The notes beneath the pieces are model-generated. The model was given only the letters and a program-made list of their open reading frames with translations, did not search any database and was not told where the DNA came from. Positions 44,298-54,463 of a DNA stretch of 64,000 nucleotides are shown here, one piece after another (position 1 is the first letter of the stretch; the number at the start of each line of letters is the position of its first letter). The stretch lies in assembly GCF_040938485.1 (NCBI RefSeq), contig NW_027271849.1:248001-312000 (forward strand), given 5' to 3'. Position numbers and translations under genes: made by a program. The DNA comes from Diadema antillarum. Lineage: Eukaryota.

Positions 44298-46867
44298 CAT
44301 CTCATGTGAAGCTGTTGTGGTTCTGTGGCTTCGACAATGGACTGTTGATCTGGGCTCCATGGTTCACGTCCCCTGGCTGCAGTGGTAGTGCCCCCAGTCA
44401 GGGCGTGTTTATATCCTCATTGCCCACTCCTTTAGAGGGGACTTAAAACCATTGGTCCCATGATTACCTGCTTACAAGAATGCTGCCCGTGCAGCCACAT
44501 AAAACATATCGTAATACAAAAAACAACAACAACAAAGAAACAAAGAAACGCGTAATATATATATATCGTCGCTGGGGTGACAAGACCTTGTATCTGCAAT
44601 TTTGGTGAAAATGACTTTTTTGGATTAATGGTCAGATAATCAGTTAAACGATGTCCTGTCCAAATCCTAGATGTCTTACCCAAAAAATGAAGCCACCACG
44701 ACATGTCAAAGGAATGTCTATCCCATTGGATACAGTGCATTGGCTACCATGTTTTTTTGCTCTCCTGAACATTTGACATTTTGTAGATACGAGGTTTTGT
44801 CGCCCCACCAGCGATATATATGTATATAATCCAGTTAAAAACCAGTCTGCCCTGGTGCAGTATGTATCCACTCCTGCACTTAAGAATGTGAGCTAGTAGG
44901 TGCTGATTTTGGTCAGTAGAAAGTATTTGTTACCACAGAATTACACCTATTCCATAAGCACATCCAGTTCTGTAAACTTGATGCTGAGAGGAAATGCTTT
45001 TATGACTTTGTTTGTACCTAGTATGTTTGTTTATATTTGTTCGTTTTGCAGAACATTCACTGCAAAAAAAAAAAAAAGTGTGTGAAATGAAGAACCTTTG
45101 CAACCTAAAGTCAGACATAAAACTGTTGTGACATTTACACTGCTCTCTGTCCAGCATTATGCCTGTCGCAACGGCCATGGTGACATCGCTGCAACCCTTC
45201 TCCAGCTGGGAGCTAATCCAAATATCCAGACGCGGTCAGGAGGGGCCACCCCTCTCCACAGAGCAGCCTACGGGGGCCACGGCGACATTGTGACATCACT
45301 CCTGCGGAGCAAGGCAGACTGCACCCTGAGGGATGGTGATGGAAAGACAGCCCTACATAAGGTGATCTGAAGGCAGTGATGCAGAGTTGTTTAACCCATT
45401 GAGGACGAGTCCCGAGTCTACTCGGGCAAGCATTTATGTGAAATGCGTGTTGTAGCAAAATCAGCCCGTCCTCAACAGGTTAAAGGGATGGTATAGGATT
45501 GGTGAAGATGAGGATTGGGCTTTTAACTTTTTGCGAGATACCAAGAAACCACTTATGAAATGGTACAGAGCATACCATTCTAAGAGGAATTCAACATTTA
45601 TTTGATGAGAATCAGTTTTGGAATGGCTGAGACGTCAAAAAACAAAGTAAAACAAGGCTCACGTATTGTAAGGAGGGTTCCACCTTTTATTAAGATTGCT
45701 CTGTTTTGGCTATCTCAGCCATTTCAAAACCAGTTTTCATCAACTTAATGTGGAATTCTTCTTAGAATTACATGTTCTAACACATTTCATAAGAGGTTTC
45801 TCAGTATCTCACTAAATATGTTAGAAACCTGAAGTTTGGTCTCAAACCAAAACTATACGATTCCATTAAGCTGACTGTAGTCAATGGATATAACAGCAGA
45901 CAAACAGAACAGTAGAGGTGTCATCAAAATCAGACATATACTTCAAAATTTACGGAGTTTTGAAGTTTCATCTTTTCAATGAATGATACTAGTCAGAAAG
46001 GCTCGTGTGTATAAGATGAGACCAAGACTGCATGGCATCACAAGCATCCTATTGCCATATGTGCCAATCACAAATTACTAAATTTCGTATTTTTCTCCTC
46101 AAAATCATTTAGAAAAAATATTGCGTCCTTTGCAGCAGAGTTTTGGTGTGTTTCGATAGCATCGCAGTAATGACTTTCAGAGGGTTGTAATTACTAATGT
46201 ATCGTCTAAGGTAAAGACATTTTGTGCTCTGGTTAACGCCAAATAGTCATGAGTAGATAACATCTTCACCTCAGCTAATTTGCATATGTAATTGTGACTG
46301 TTATCACAATTCAGTGAAAATATATGAAAATTGAAAATTCCACAATTCTCTATTTTTTGTCCACTTTCGCTAAAACTGACATTCTGTTCCTCTGATTTTT
46401 ACTCAAATTGTAAAATTCAATTTTAACATGGTATTGAATTGAACTCAACAGTCTCACGATGTGGAAAAGTGGGTCTATGTTTCTAAGATATTGCCTGGTA
46501 CGTGCCACTTAAATGAGGTTTGCCCTGGTTCAGATTTGCACAAAATATTATTTTACCATTGTTTAATTTGTTTTTCATTGTAAAAAAAAAAAAAAAACAT
46601 TTTTGTACGATATAAAAAATGAAATATTGCATGCTTTATTTCATGGATTGCATCGTTCATTTCTACTTTTGCCACCATTGGTCACTTGCATTTTATATCT
46701 CTTTGTCTCCCTTTCATTTGAAGGCTGCTGAAAAGGGTAGTGTGGAAATCTGCGAACTTCTGATCCATGCAAGTCCTGACCTGCTGACAGTTGAGGACAA
46801 CAGGGGACGTCGTGCTATCGATTATGCGAAAGACAATCCTAAACTCAGCCGGATGCTGTCAAGATGA
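43717..46867 (+). CDS. ANKRD39: Ankyrin repeat domain-containing protein 39, ~184 aa, 3 coding exons
   Basis: Exons 43717-43920 (...CCAH...[27 protein letters not shown]...DKSGYTAL), 45155-45361 (HYACRNGH...GGATPLHRAAYGGH...DGKTALHK), 46724-46867 (AAEKGSVEICELL...TGA). These match human ANKRD39 [34 protein letters not shown] and GGATALHRASYCGH. Confidence 0.95.
45395..45479. mobile_element. piggyBac-type MITE, copy 3
   Basis: TTAA|CCCATTGAGGACG...CGTCCTCAACAGG|TTAA; the right TTAA is shared with the next MITE. Confidence 0.7.
45484..45865. mobile_element. Kolobok-type TTAA MITE, copy 3 (uninterrupted)
   Basis: Homologous to 5122-7304 and shows the empty site ATGAAATGGTACAGAGC. Confidence 0.7.
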
Positions 46868-47436
46868 CAAGAAGGAGAATGAATGAATCTTGGTGGGTCA
46901 AATCATGGAGGTACAAAGAAAGAAGGAGAAACATCTATGGGAAGTACAAAGGGTTAGTCCGTTACACTGAACTCTCGAAAGTAATCCCCCTTAATCCTAC
47001 ATAAGCAATCAGCCCAGCAGGGAGCGATCGTAAATTAGCTCACGATTGACTGGGCTCGGTGTCCGGTGCTGGTTTTGGGCATGCGCAGTTATTGTATTCG
47101 GCGTTTCACCTTTGACCCGACGCCGATAGCATAGTAACATGGTGTGCGCCGTTGATTGTGCGATGTGTGTGAACAGGTGGTGGAGCATTCTCGGGCCAGT
47201 CTGCTGCTTTATGTCCCACTCGTATACATCAATGATGTGTCTTCAAGAAATACTGAGTCTGAACTATTTTTTGCCAAAACATATAAATATATCAATATCT
47301 TATTAAAGGTGCATATGGTAAATACAAACAATTACTTACAACAACAGAAAATGTCTAGTCAAGCATTTCTCTAAATTTTCTATAAAAGTAACAATACATT
47401 TACATGTATGTACATGTACATGAAGGGTACAGGTAC

Positions 47437-47475
47437 AATGTACCATGGAGGTACAAAAGACCTCCATGAATGTAC
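47437..47475. other. P-element excision footprint (25 bp of fused TIR ends between a 7-bp TSD)
   Basis: AATGTAC|CATGGAGGTACAAAAGA-CCTCCATG|AATGTAC. Confidence 0.8.
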
Positions 47476-47885
47476 ACATCAATGTGCCACTCTGGGCTGA
47501 ATTTTCCACATCAAATGGCAATTGATACGATTTAAAAAATTACAGCCTTTAACTGAATATCGTAGGCTCTTTCATCACTAAAGGAAAACAGCGTACTGAT
47601 AAATGGTTTGAGAGTGAAATAAAGAACTTCATTGAAATGTACAAATAAAATTAAGAGCATTTCTAACACTTCTCCTATTTCTCCACAAAGAGAAATTAAG
47701 TAAGTTGTTTAGAGGTTATTGTTTTTTGATACAGACATCATTTCATCGAGCTAATTTAGCTTCATAATCAAGGGTGCTACATAAATTATTTGAGCCACTT
47801 GCCCAGTCAGGCAAGCAAATTTTGAAATAATAAAAAAACAGTGGCCAGCAAATTAATTTAACAGTATCATTACATATATATATAT

Positions 47886-48964
47886 TGTAGCGAATCGCTT
47901 GTAGGTCGTAGAAAGGGTAGATCCCTCTGGTCCTGACACCATATGTGCAGCGAAGAACTTGTTTGGTGGTAGATGTGTGATGATAGATTGGTATCAAATT
48001 GAGGCCCTACGACGGAACTTCGATCAGGATGGCCGAGCTAGGTGTAAGTTCGTTTGGCCGCTATATACGGCCCAAGATACCAGTTAATTCGTGCTACCAA
48101 TTCATTTCTACCAGTTATGTACCAGTTCTCCATCAACAGTCCAACATACTAGCTTCGCACTTTATCTACTAAATTACATCTACCAATATCTTTACCACCA
48201 GTCACCACCAAGGTCCACTCACCTGCACTCGCTCAGGATTCTTTGGTAGGAAAGATTACTCTTCCAGTCACTCCTTGGTATAACTTTCAACAGGTAGTAT
48301 TTAATTCGCGAATACTTCTGCACAAACAACAGTCCAACTTGTTTCCGTAATACATGTACACAGTTCACCACACAGACCCGGTCCCATTACCTCCAAGTCC
48401 TGAACTTCCAAGTCCCGAACTTCCTGTCCCGTCCCGGCCTGCCACGTACGTTTAATACACAGATCTATGCTAGCTAGTGATCAGGAACACACTATCCTGA
48501 CCAATGCCTTACTAGAACTGCTAGTACACAGCTCGAACTTCGACAGCTCGATCCAACTCAACACGTACTAGACATGCCTACCTTATCCGTCCCAACTCGA
48601 CATCGATACCTAATCTATATTGCCGTATTATATTTTCACTCAATAATTGTTAGCGTAGTTAATCAATATTTCCACCACTAAAACACCAGTTTGGGAGGCG
48701 ATTCTTAACCAAAACCCTACAAATTTGGTCTCAAATTACTGGTATCTATTACCTCTCTCTGAATCTTAAGTCATCTTACCCCCCTAATGCCCTTATCTTA
48801 CGTAATAACCATAAAACTGACCAAAACCGTGACTTTTGGACATAGCCTATAGCAACGTTACTACCAACAACGATCAATTACACCTTAATACAATCGATAG
48901 TGAAAAATCAATACCCAGCTTATTGTATACAAGCTATACAGCGGAATTGATCGATTTCGCTACA
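47886..48964 (-). repeat. Complete 3' LTR (1079 bp)
   Basis: Minus strand TGTAGCGAAATCG...CGATTCGCTACA; preceded by a PPT-like tract at 48965-48981. Confidence 0.85.
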
Positions 48965-49781
48965 CGACCCCCCCGACCCACCAAGCTCGGTCCCCGAGCT
49001 TATACCACTTACAATCCTGAACACTTTAAACGTCAACACTTAAAACACAAACCGACCTCCATCACATTCCGACTGGTATCAACTACCAAAATACTTATAC
49101 TGGTGTCCACCACCAAATCTTTTAAAACATCATCTTATGATTTATAATAGCACTCATCATTCCTTTGGAACCATTAACACTATGTACATTTAACGCTACC
49201 TCTCCAACCTTGCCTAATACCCTTGCTTCCAACATGGGCACGACCAACTCAAAATTTGAGAAGAAGAAGAAGGCTAAGGCTCCAAAACCTGCCGTTATCA
49301 TAATATACCAATTGCAATGTGGATACCAATATGGTTCTACCAACTCTTCAAACAAATTCTACCAACACCTGGTATCGCTTCAATGACTTCCCTCCACTAC
49401 TCCTTGGAACCAATACATCTCCATACATAAGCTTCATTGATTCCAACTTAATACCATCGTTCTTTGAAAACAATTACATTGGTAATGTCCATCAATCTTA
49501 AAAAAAACCCCGTCTAACTGTAACAACTTAATGTCCAAATTAAATTGGGCAGATTATATTTAGCGTCCATATCTGCCCTTCTCCATATACCAACAATCGC
49601 TTCCACATCTTCCTTCCGGTATCCGCTACCACTTTCACTATCTTCGCGAACAATTAACTTGGTAATACTCATCAGTCCTCAGAAACATCCAATTATAACT
49701 TATTGTCCAAACTCAATTTGGGCAAAGTATGTTTAATGTCCATATCTGCCCATGCACTTCTTTTTAAAAATTTCGCTTCCA

Positions 49782-50480
49782 CTACTTTTCCTCCACGGTT
49801 TCGGTCACTACCTCCAAACACTCGCCACCGGTCGTCAAAAACCTCTCCGTCTTCCTGGTCCACGTTCGGCCAGGCCGCAACACCAGCGTCTCGGTAGTGC
49901 TGAAACTGGTCCTCCCTCTGCGACGTAATTCTCCCAGCCTCCTTCGGATAATCCCTCCGTCAATGTCGGATGGTGAGACCTGGACCCCGATTTCACATGT
50001 TACCGGGGCTTCTACTTCAGGTACCACGTTCTCGATCACCAATCGCCGCCTTCCGCCAGTCAGGTCGAAGACCCCGCTGCCATAGCTGTCCTCATCCAGC
50101 ACCGGGGTACTGCTTCTCTCAGAGGTGACGCTCCTCACCGGGCTGACACTCCTCTCCGGGGTGACGCACCTCTCAGGTGTGCGCCGGGACGGGGTTGAAG
50201 TAGAGGGGTGTAGAGAGGATCTACTCCTGGGTCTGCTTTCCGTCGACGGCGGCTTCTTATTCTTAATTAGCGCATAAACTGGGGTTTTCAAATGTACCCG
50301 CCCTGGAGCTACATCAGTGGCGTGAGTTCCGTAGTGGCGTTTTACTTCTCGCTCGTGCAGCGTCTGGAAAGCACAGCGATCACACTTAAATTTAGGGGTG
50401 TGCACGTCGAATTCGTGTCGTTGCATCGAGCTTCTACTGGAAAAGGACCGCCGGCACACCTTACAATGGTAGACTTCTCC
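49782..50480 (-). pseudogene. Retroelement-borne C2H2 zinc-finger ORF (2 fingers, Ser/Pro/Thr-rich linker); no ATG at the 5' end
   Basis: EVYHCKVCRRSFSSRSSMQRHEFDVH-TPKFKCDRCAFQTLHEREVKRHYGTH are two C-x2-C-x12-H-x3/4-H fingers. The ORF-track 'M' is a GTG inside finger 1. Confidence 0.75.
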
Positions 50481-50977
50481 CCTGTCTGACTTCTGTATGC
50501 CCGAAGTACAGGACGGGTAGTTTTCCCGTCTATGGACTTGAGCGCATGGCTTCCGTAGACCCGCAAACTTTCACCATTGTTTTTGCAGAAAATGCACCAA
50601 GACACTGAGCTGCTGAGTGGTCCATCACTTCCATCTCGTCCTCGTAGAGCGGTGATGTCTGGTAGAATCTCCTCGTTGCTCAGCCAACGGCTACCAGTTG
50701 ACAGACACCAAGTAGCATCGCCGTCCCTCCGTAAGGCCGGATACTGGTATCTCGTCCCTAGGTCCTGGGATCCACCCTTTTTCGTCACTGTCGCTTCCCA
50801 TTCGTCTAACCCCAGGTAGCTATTGAACGGGCCTCGCACCTGTTCAAAATCAAAGAACTGGTTGCCCGTCTCTTGGTCCACGGTCTTCCTCTTCTTCCTC
50901 CCCGTTGATACCAGCTTACTCAGCCCGAAATAATCGTTGAAGGGACTGTACAAATCCCCCTCTTTGGAAGATGCCAT
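50342..50977 (-). pseudogene. nanos: Nanos-like ORF inside the LTR element (NIM plus first CCHC finger; 4th ligand C->R; second finger absent)
   Basis: ATG at 50977 in a strong Kozak context (GACGCCATGG). N-terminal YSPFNDYFGLSKLV resembles the Nanos NOT1-interacting motif (e.g. FSSWNDYLGLATL). WCIFCKNNGESLRVYGSHALKSIDGKTTRPVLRAY matches Nanos C.FC.NN.E....Y..H.LK..DG...CP.LR.Y. Confidence 0.85.
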
Positions 50978-51091
50978 GGCGTCGCCTGCACTGCACCTGC
51001 ATATTAATAATACCACAGTCTTTAATCCTTGTTATTTAGCTCGTCGAATGTATTGAGTATCACTCAAATATTTAGATTCGTTACTTAGGGC

Positions 51092-51496
51092 CTAATTATA
51101 ATACTGCGGCCGACGCCTATCCCTCCTCGGATAACGCCTTCCTCCACTCCATTCATCACCGTCGTATGTCGTTGGCACAGTCGGAGACTCCCGGTTCCTA
51201 ACTGGCGATTGAGAATCCACTTCTCTCTCTTCATAGCTAGAGGGGTGAGTAGCATCAGCTTCTTCCAGCCCTGACTCTTCCAGCTCCACGTCGGCAGCAG
51301 TGCCTTGCTGCTGGTCTCCAGCCTGTACCACCTCCCTGTTTGGCTCGAACTCCCAAACCGGTCTTGGTACCCCAGTGTAGAGCTTCAACCGATCTACGTG
51401 GACAACCAAAGGCTTGGAGCGAGGCGTCACCTGGAGTTGAACAGTCACGTCAGATATTTTGGTGACTATCAGGTACGGTCCCAGCCATTTGGTCTG
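51092..51496 (-). pseudogene. Gypsy pol C-terminal (post-integrase) fragment
   Basis: LQTKWLGPYLIVTKISDVTVQLQVTPRSKPLVVHVDRLKLY is the W.GPY...VHV.RLK.Y integrase tail. It ends in RRYPRRDRRRPQYY, typical of a pol terminus. Confidence 0.8.
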
Positions 51497-52112
51497 TAAT
51501 ACATGTACACAGTTCACCACGCAGACCCGGTCCCGTTACCTCCAAGTTTCGAACTTCCAAGTCCCGAACTTCCAGTCCCGTCCCGGCCTGCCACGTACGT
51601 TTAATACACAGATCTATGCTAGCTAGTGATTAGGAACACACTATCCTGACCAATGCCTTACTAGAACTGCTAGTACACAGCTCGAACTTCGACAGCTCGA
51701 TCCAACTCAACATGTACTAGACGTGCCTACCTTATCCGTCCCAACTCGACATCGATACCTAATCTGTATTGCCGTATTATATTTTCACTCAATAATTGTT
51801 AGCGTAGTTAATCAATATTTCCACCACTAAAACACCAGTTTGGGGAGCGATTCTTAACCAAAACCCTACAAATTTGGTCTCAAATTACTGGTATCTATTA
51901 CCTCTCTTCGAATCTTAAGTCATCTTACCCCCCTAATGCCCTTATCTTACGTAATAACCATAAAACTGACCAAAACCGTGACTCTTGGACATAGCCTATA
52001 GCAACGTTACTACCAACAACGATCGTTACACCTTAATACAATCGATAGTGAAAAATCAATACCCAGCTTATCGTATACAAGCTATACAGCGGAATTGATC
52101 GATTTCGCTACA
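51496..52112 (-). repeat. Truncated 5' LTR (617 bp) fused directly to the integrase tail
   Basis: Near-identical to 48347-48964; lacks the distal ~460 bp of LTR, the PBS, gag and most of pol. Confidence 0.85.
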
Positions 52113-52139
52113 TGATATATATATATATATATATATATA

Positions 52140-52674
52140 CAGTGCACTCCCGTTATAACGAAATGCTCGGGACCGGCAGTTTTCTTTCGTTATAGCGAAA
52201 TTTCGTTATAACCGAACAAATACAATATATAACGAAAACAAGAAAACCACGTATATATATCATATTCTGTTTGCTGAATACTCATCATACACTGGAAAGC
52301 TATGTGAAATGTGATGGGATAACTGTATCACAATAATAAACGCTAGTTCCCCTCAGAAACTGTGCGTGACACAAAGAGCGAACACACAGTGGTGTGAAGC
52401 GTTCACCCATGCAGAGAAGCTATAAATGCTTGTTCCCCTACAAATTTTCGAAAGCAATTCGCATTTCGTTATAACGGAGCACATTTCTTTTGTTTTTCTT
52501 TGTCTATGGCGCTCGGAAAAGACTTCGTTATAACGGAAATTTCGCTATAACCGTGTTCGTTATAAGCGAATCTTTTACCATACACTTTTATGGCGATTAT
52601 TTTGGGACCAGAAGATTTACTTCGTTATAACGAAATTTCGTTATAACCGTGTTCGTTATAACGGGAGTGCACTG
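52140..52674. mobile_element. pogo/Tigger-like MITE (535 bp) in a (TA)n tract
   Basis: TIRs CAGTGCACTCCCGTTATAACG / CGTTATAACGGGAGTGCACTG, TA flanks, repeated GTTATAAC motifs; related to 5201-6996. Confidence 0.85.
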
Positions 52675-52707
52675 TAAATATATATATATAAACATAACAA
52701 AAATTAC

Positions 52708-54463
52708 CATCAAATTTCTTGACTTGTTGTGGAATCCTGAGTTTTCAAAGTTATTGCGACACGTCTTAAGGAGATGGGGGGCATCAATTATTAAGTAAAT
52801 GCGCTTCTGGGTAGAAGGGTGGATGAAGCTGAAGCTATCATCCGTTTCCATCAACATGCTATAAAAACTTCTGTTCGACGAAGCACCATCCGACACCAAA
52901 GCTCGAATGTTGAAGCCATATAGCTCCATTATTTCAGTGGCCTCCATGATGATGGCATAAAGTTGGTCACTAGACGCACTGTTTGTGGCAAAATATGCCA
53001 CAGTGGAATGATAGCTGTGGCAAATGCCACAAACCATGACTGGCCTTTGCAGGGGCTGCTTCCTTGGTACAAGTTCTTGCATATGACGCAAATCCATCAT
53101 TAAGAGTTCCCATGGATGTGAACCCAGTAATATGTCCTGTTGAATGGCTGTACACCAATCCTTCGATGATCTTGACCTCATCAAAACATAAGGTTGCATT
53201 CTTCTGGTGTGGCTTGAGATTCTCCAGGTTTATGTCTGTCACTATTCTGCATATGAGGTCTCTGTTGAAACCAGGGTTGTTAACAGTGAAATTGGTGTAT
53301 TGTTTGAGAGTATTGTGATGGGGAAGGGTGAGAAATCCTGAGTTTCTTAGAAGATCATATGCTGATGACGATTTCGCGTATAGGGCAATGCATAGGCGTA
53401 ATATGGCCGGATGCCATCTAGTGGCCTGAGGGTGTTCCTTCAGTCTTTTTACTTGATGGTCCCAAAGGACACGCATCGGGGAATTCTCTTCAAAATGATT
53501 GTGTACAGTCTTAGTCTCAGAAGAGACTATCGAAGAGGAAGACTGATTTTCTTCCTGTTCAAGGATTTGTGCCTTTTCCTCAAACAGCCTTGTCATTTTT
53601 TCTTCTAACGAAGTCACATGCTTCTTGAGGTTTCTTCCGTGAGCTCTACTCTGTGATAATTTTTTTGAAAGTCTTTCTTTGTTCAAATATCTGAAATTTG
53701 CTTTGGGGGCTGGTGAGTGGTCAGCCTGTAGGTGGTTGTGAAGACAGGAAAGATTAGATCTGTATATTCGACATTCTCTACACCGTGATGTTTCACTAGT
53801 TAGTAGTGGACAGGAATTATGACGAATGGTGGTCGAGTAAGCTAGATGATGAACATATACAGGTCTATTTTCCAGAAGATGGTACTCTGTGTTCCCGGGG
53901 CAGACTGAAAGCTCCCTAAATGTGCGAACGAGGCTCTGAACAAAGTCACAAGTCAATAAATTGGGTATCTCGGTGAAAACGGACTGCTTATTAACATCTC
54001 TGCCATTGACTTTTACCATCCATTCCCCTGTCAATGTCACAATCAAGCATTTCCCTGAATTTCCATCACTGTCGAGTGACAAAACATACAGTTTGGAATT
54101 CTTCTGGTTGACAACTAGGTTATGGCTTCTTGCTTCTCCTTCAATTTCCTTGAACAGTTCATCTTGTTCTCCTGGGGAGCATACCTTGCAGTCTCTTTCA
54201 TGGGGATTAAAGCTTGCGAGAGTGATGCCAATCTCACAAACCTGCTTCTTGATTCGCTTGCAATTCCATTGGTAGATCTTCCTCTCACAGCAATGGCAAA
54301 TCTGTGAAGGATGCACGGCAACATCATCGCTTGAAACATCAAGGGAAAGAGATTGTTGAATGTGTTTCTTGAATTTTTCTCTCGGATACCATCGGTTAGA
54401 GTTCTTTCGTCCACATAGCCTGCACAGAGATGCAAGCCTCCTGGTATGCAGGTCCTCTGCCAT
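52708..54463 (-). pseudogene. P-element/THAP9-like transposase with RAG1-N-like zinc-binding N-terminus; frameshift ~53040; C-terminal half not found
   Basis: The 497-aa ORF has RWHPAILRLCIALYAKSSSAYDLLRNSGFLTLP...LCFDEVKIIEGLVY (first catalytic D). It continues in another frame as MVCGI...VAYF...LVSDGASSNR (second D) ...DAPHLLKTCRN (D-x2-H motif), up to a GT donor at 52707. A splice acceptor lies 7 nt before the ATG. Confidence 0.88.

Larger units (their letters stand above)
47886..52112 (-). mobile_element. Internally deleted Gypsy-type LTR retrotransposon with accessory ORFs
   Basis: Two LTR copies (48347-48964 vs 51496-52112, ~97% by manual count), TG...CA termini with TGTAGCGAA(A)TCG/CGATTCGCTACA inverted ends, purine-rich PPT (minus GGTGGGTCGGGGGGTCG) abutting the 3' LTR, integrase-tail ORF. 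Confidence 0.88.

Noticed and set aside
50342-51016. Functional host nanos locus
   Set aside because: It lies between LTRs next to an integrase tail, has a C->R ligand change and lacks the second CCHC finger.
47881-52118. Target-site duplication for the LTR element
   Set aside because: The flanks (TATAT left, TGATAT right) lie in a TA microsatellite and do not match exactly, so no TSD is claimed.
52597-53199. Independent 200-aa gene
   Set aside because: It is the frameshifted continuation of the P transposase; its last ~35 codons run into intron and MITE sequence.
52970-54463. A bona fide RAG1/ProtoRAG gene
   Set aside because: There is no RING finger, RAG1 core or RAG2 partner. The ends are CATG TIRs with a 7-bp TSD rather than CAC-type RSS-like ends with a 5-bp TSD, and the catalytic region is P-type.
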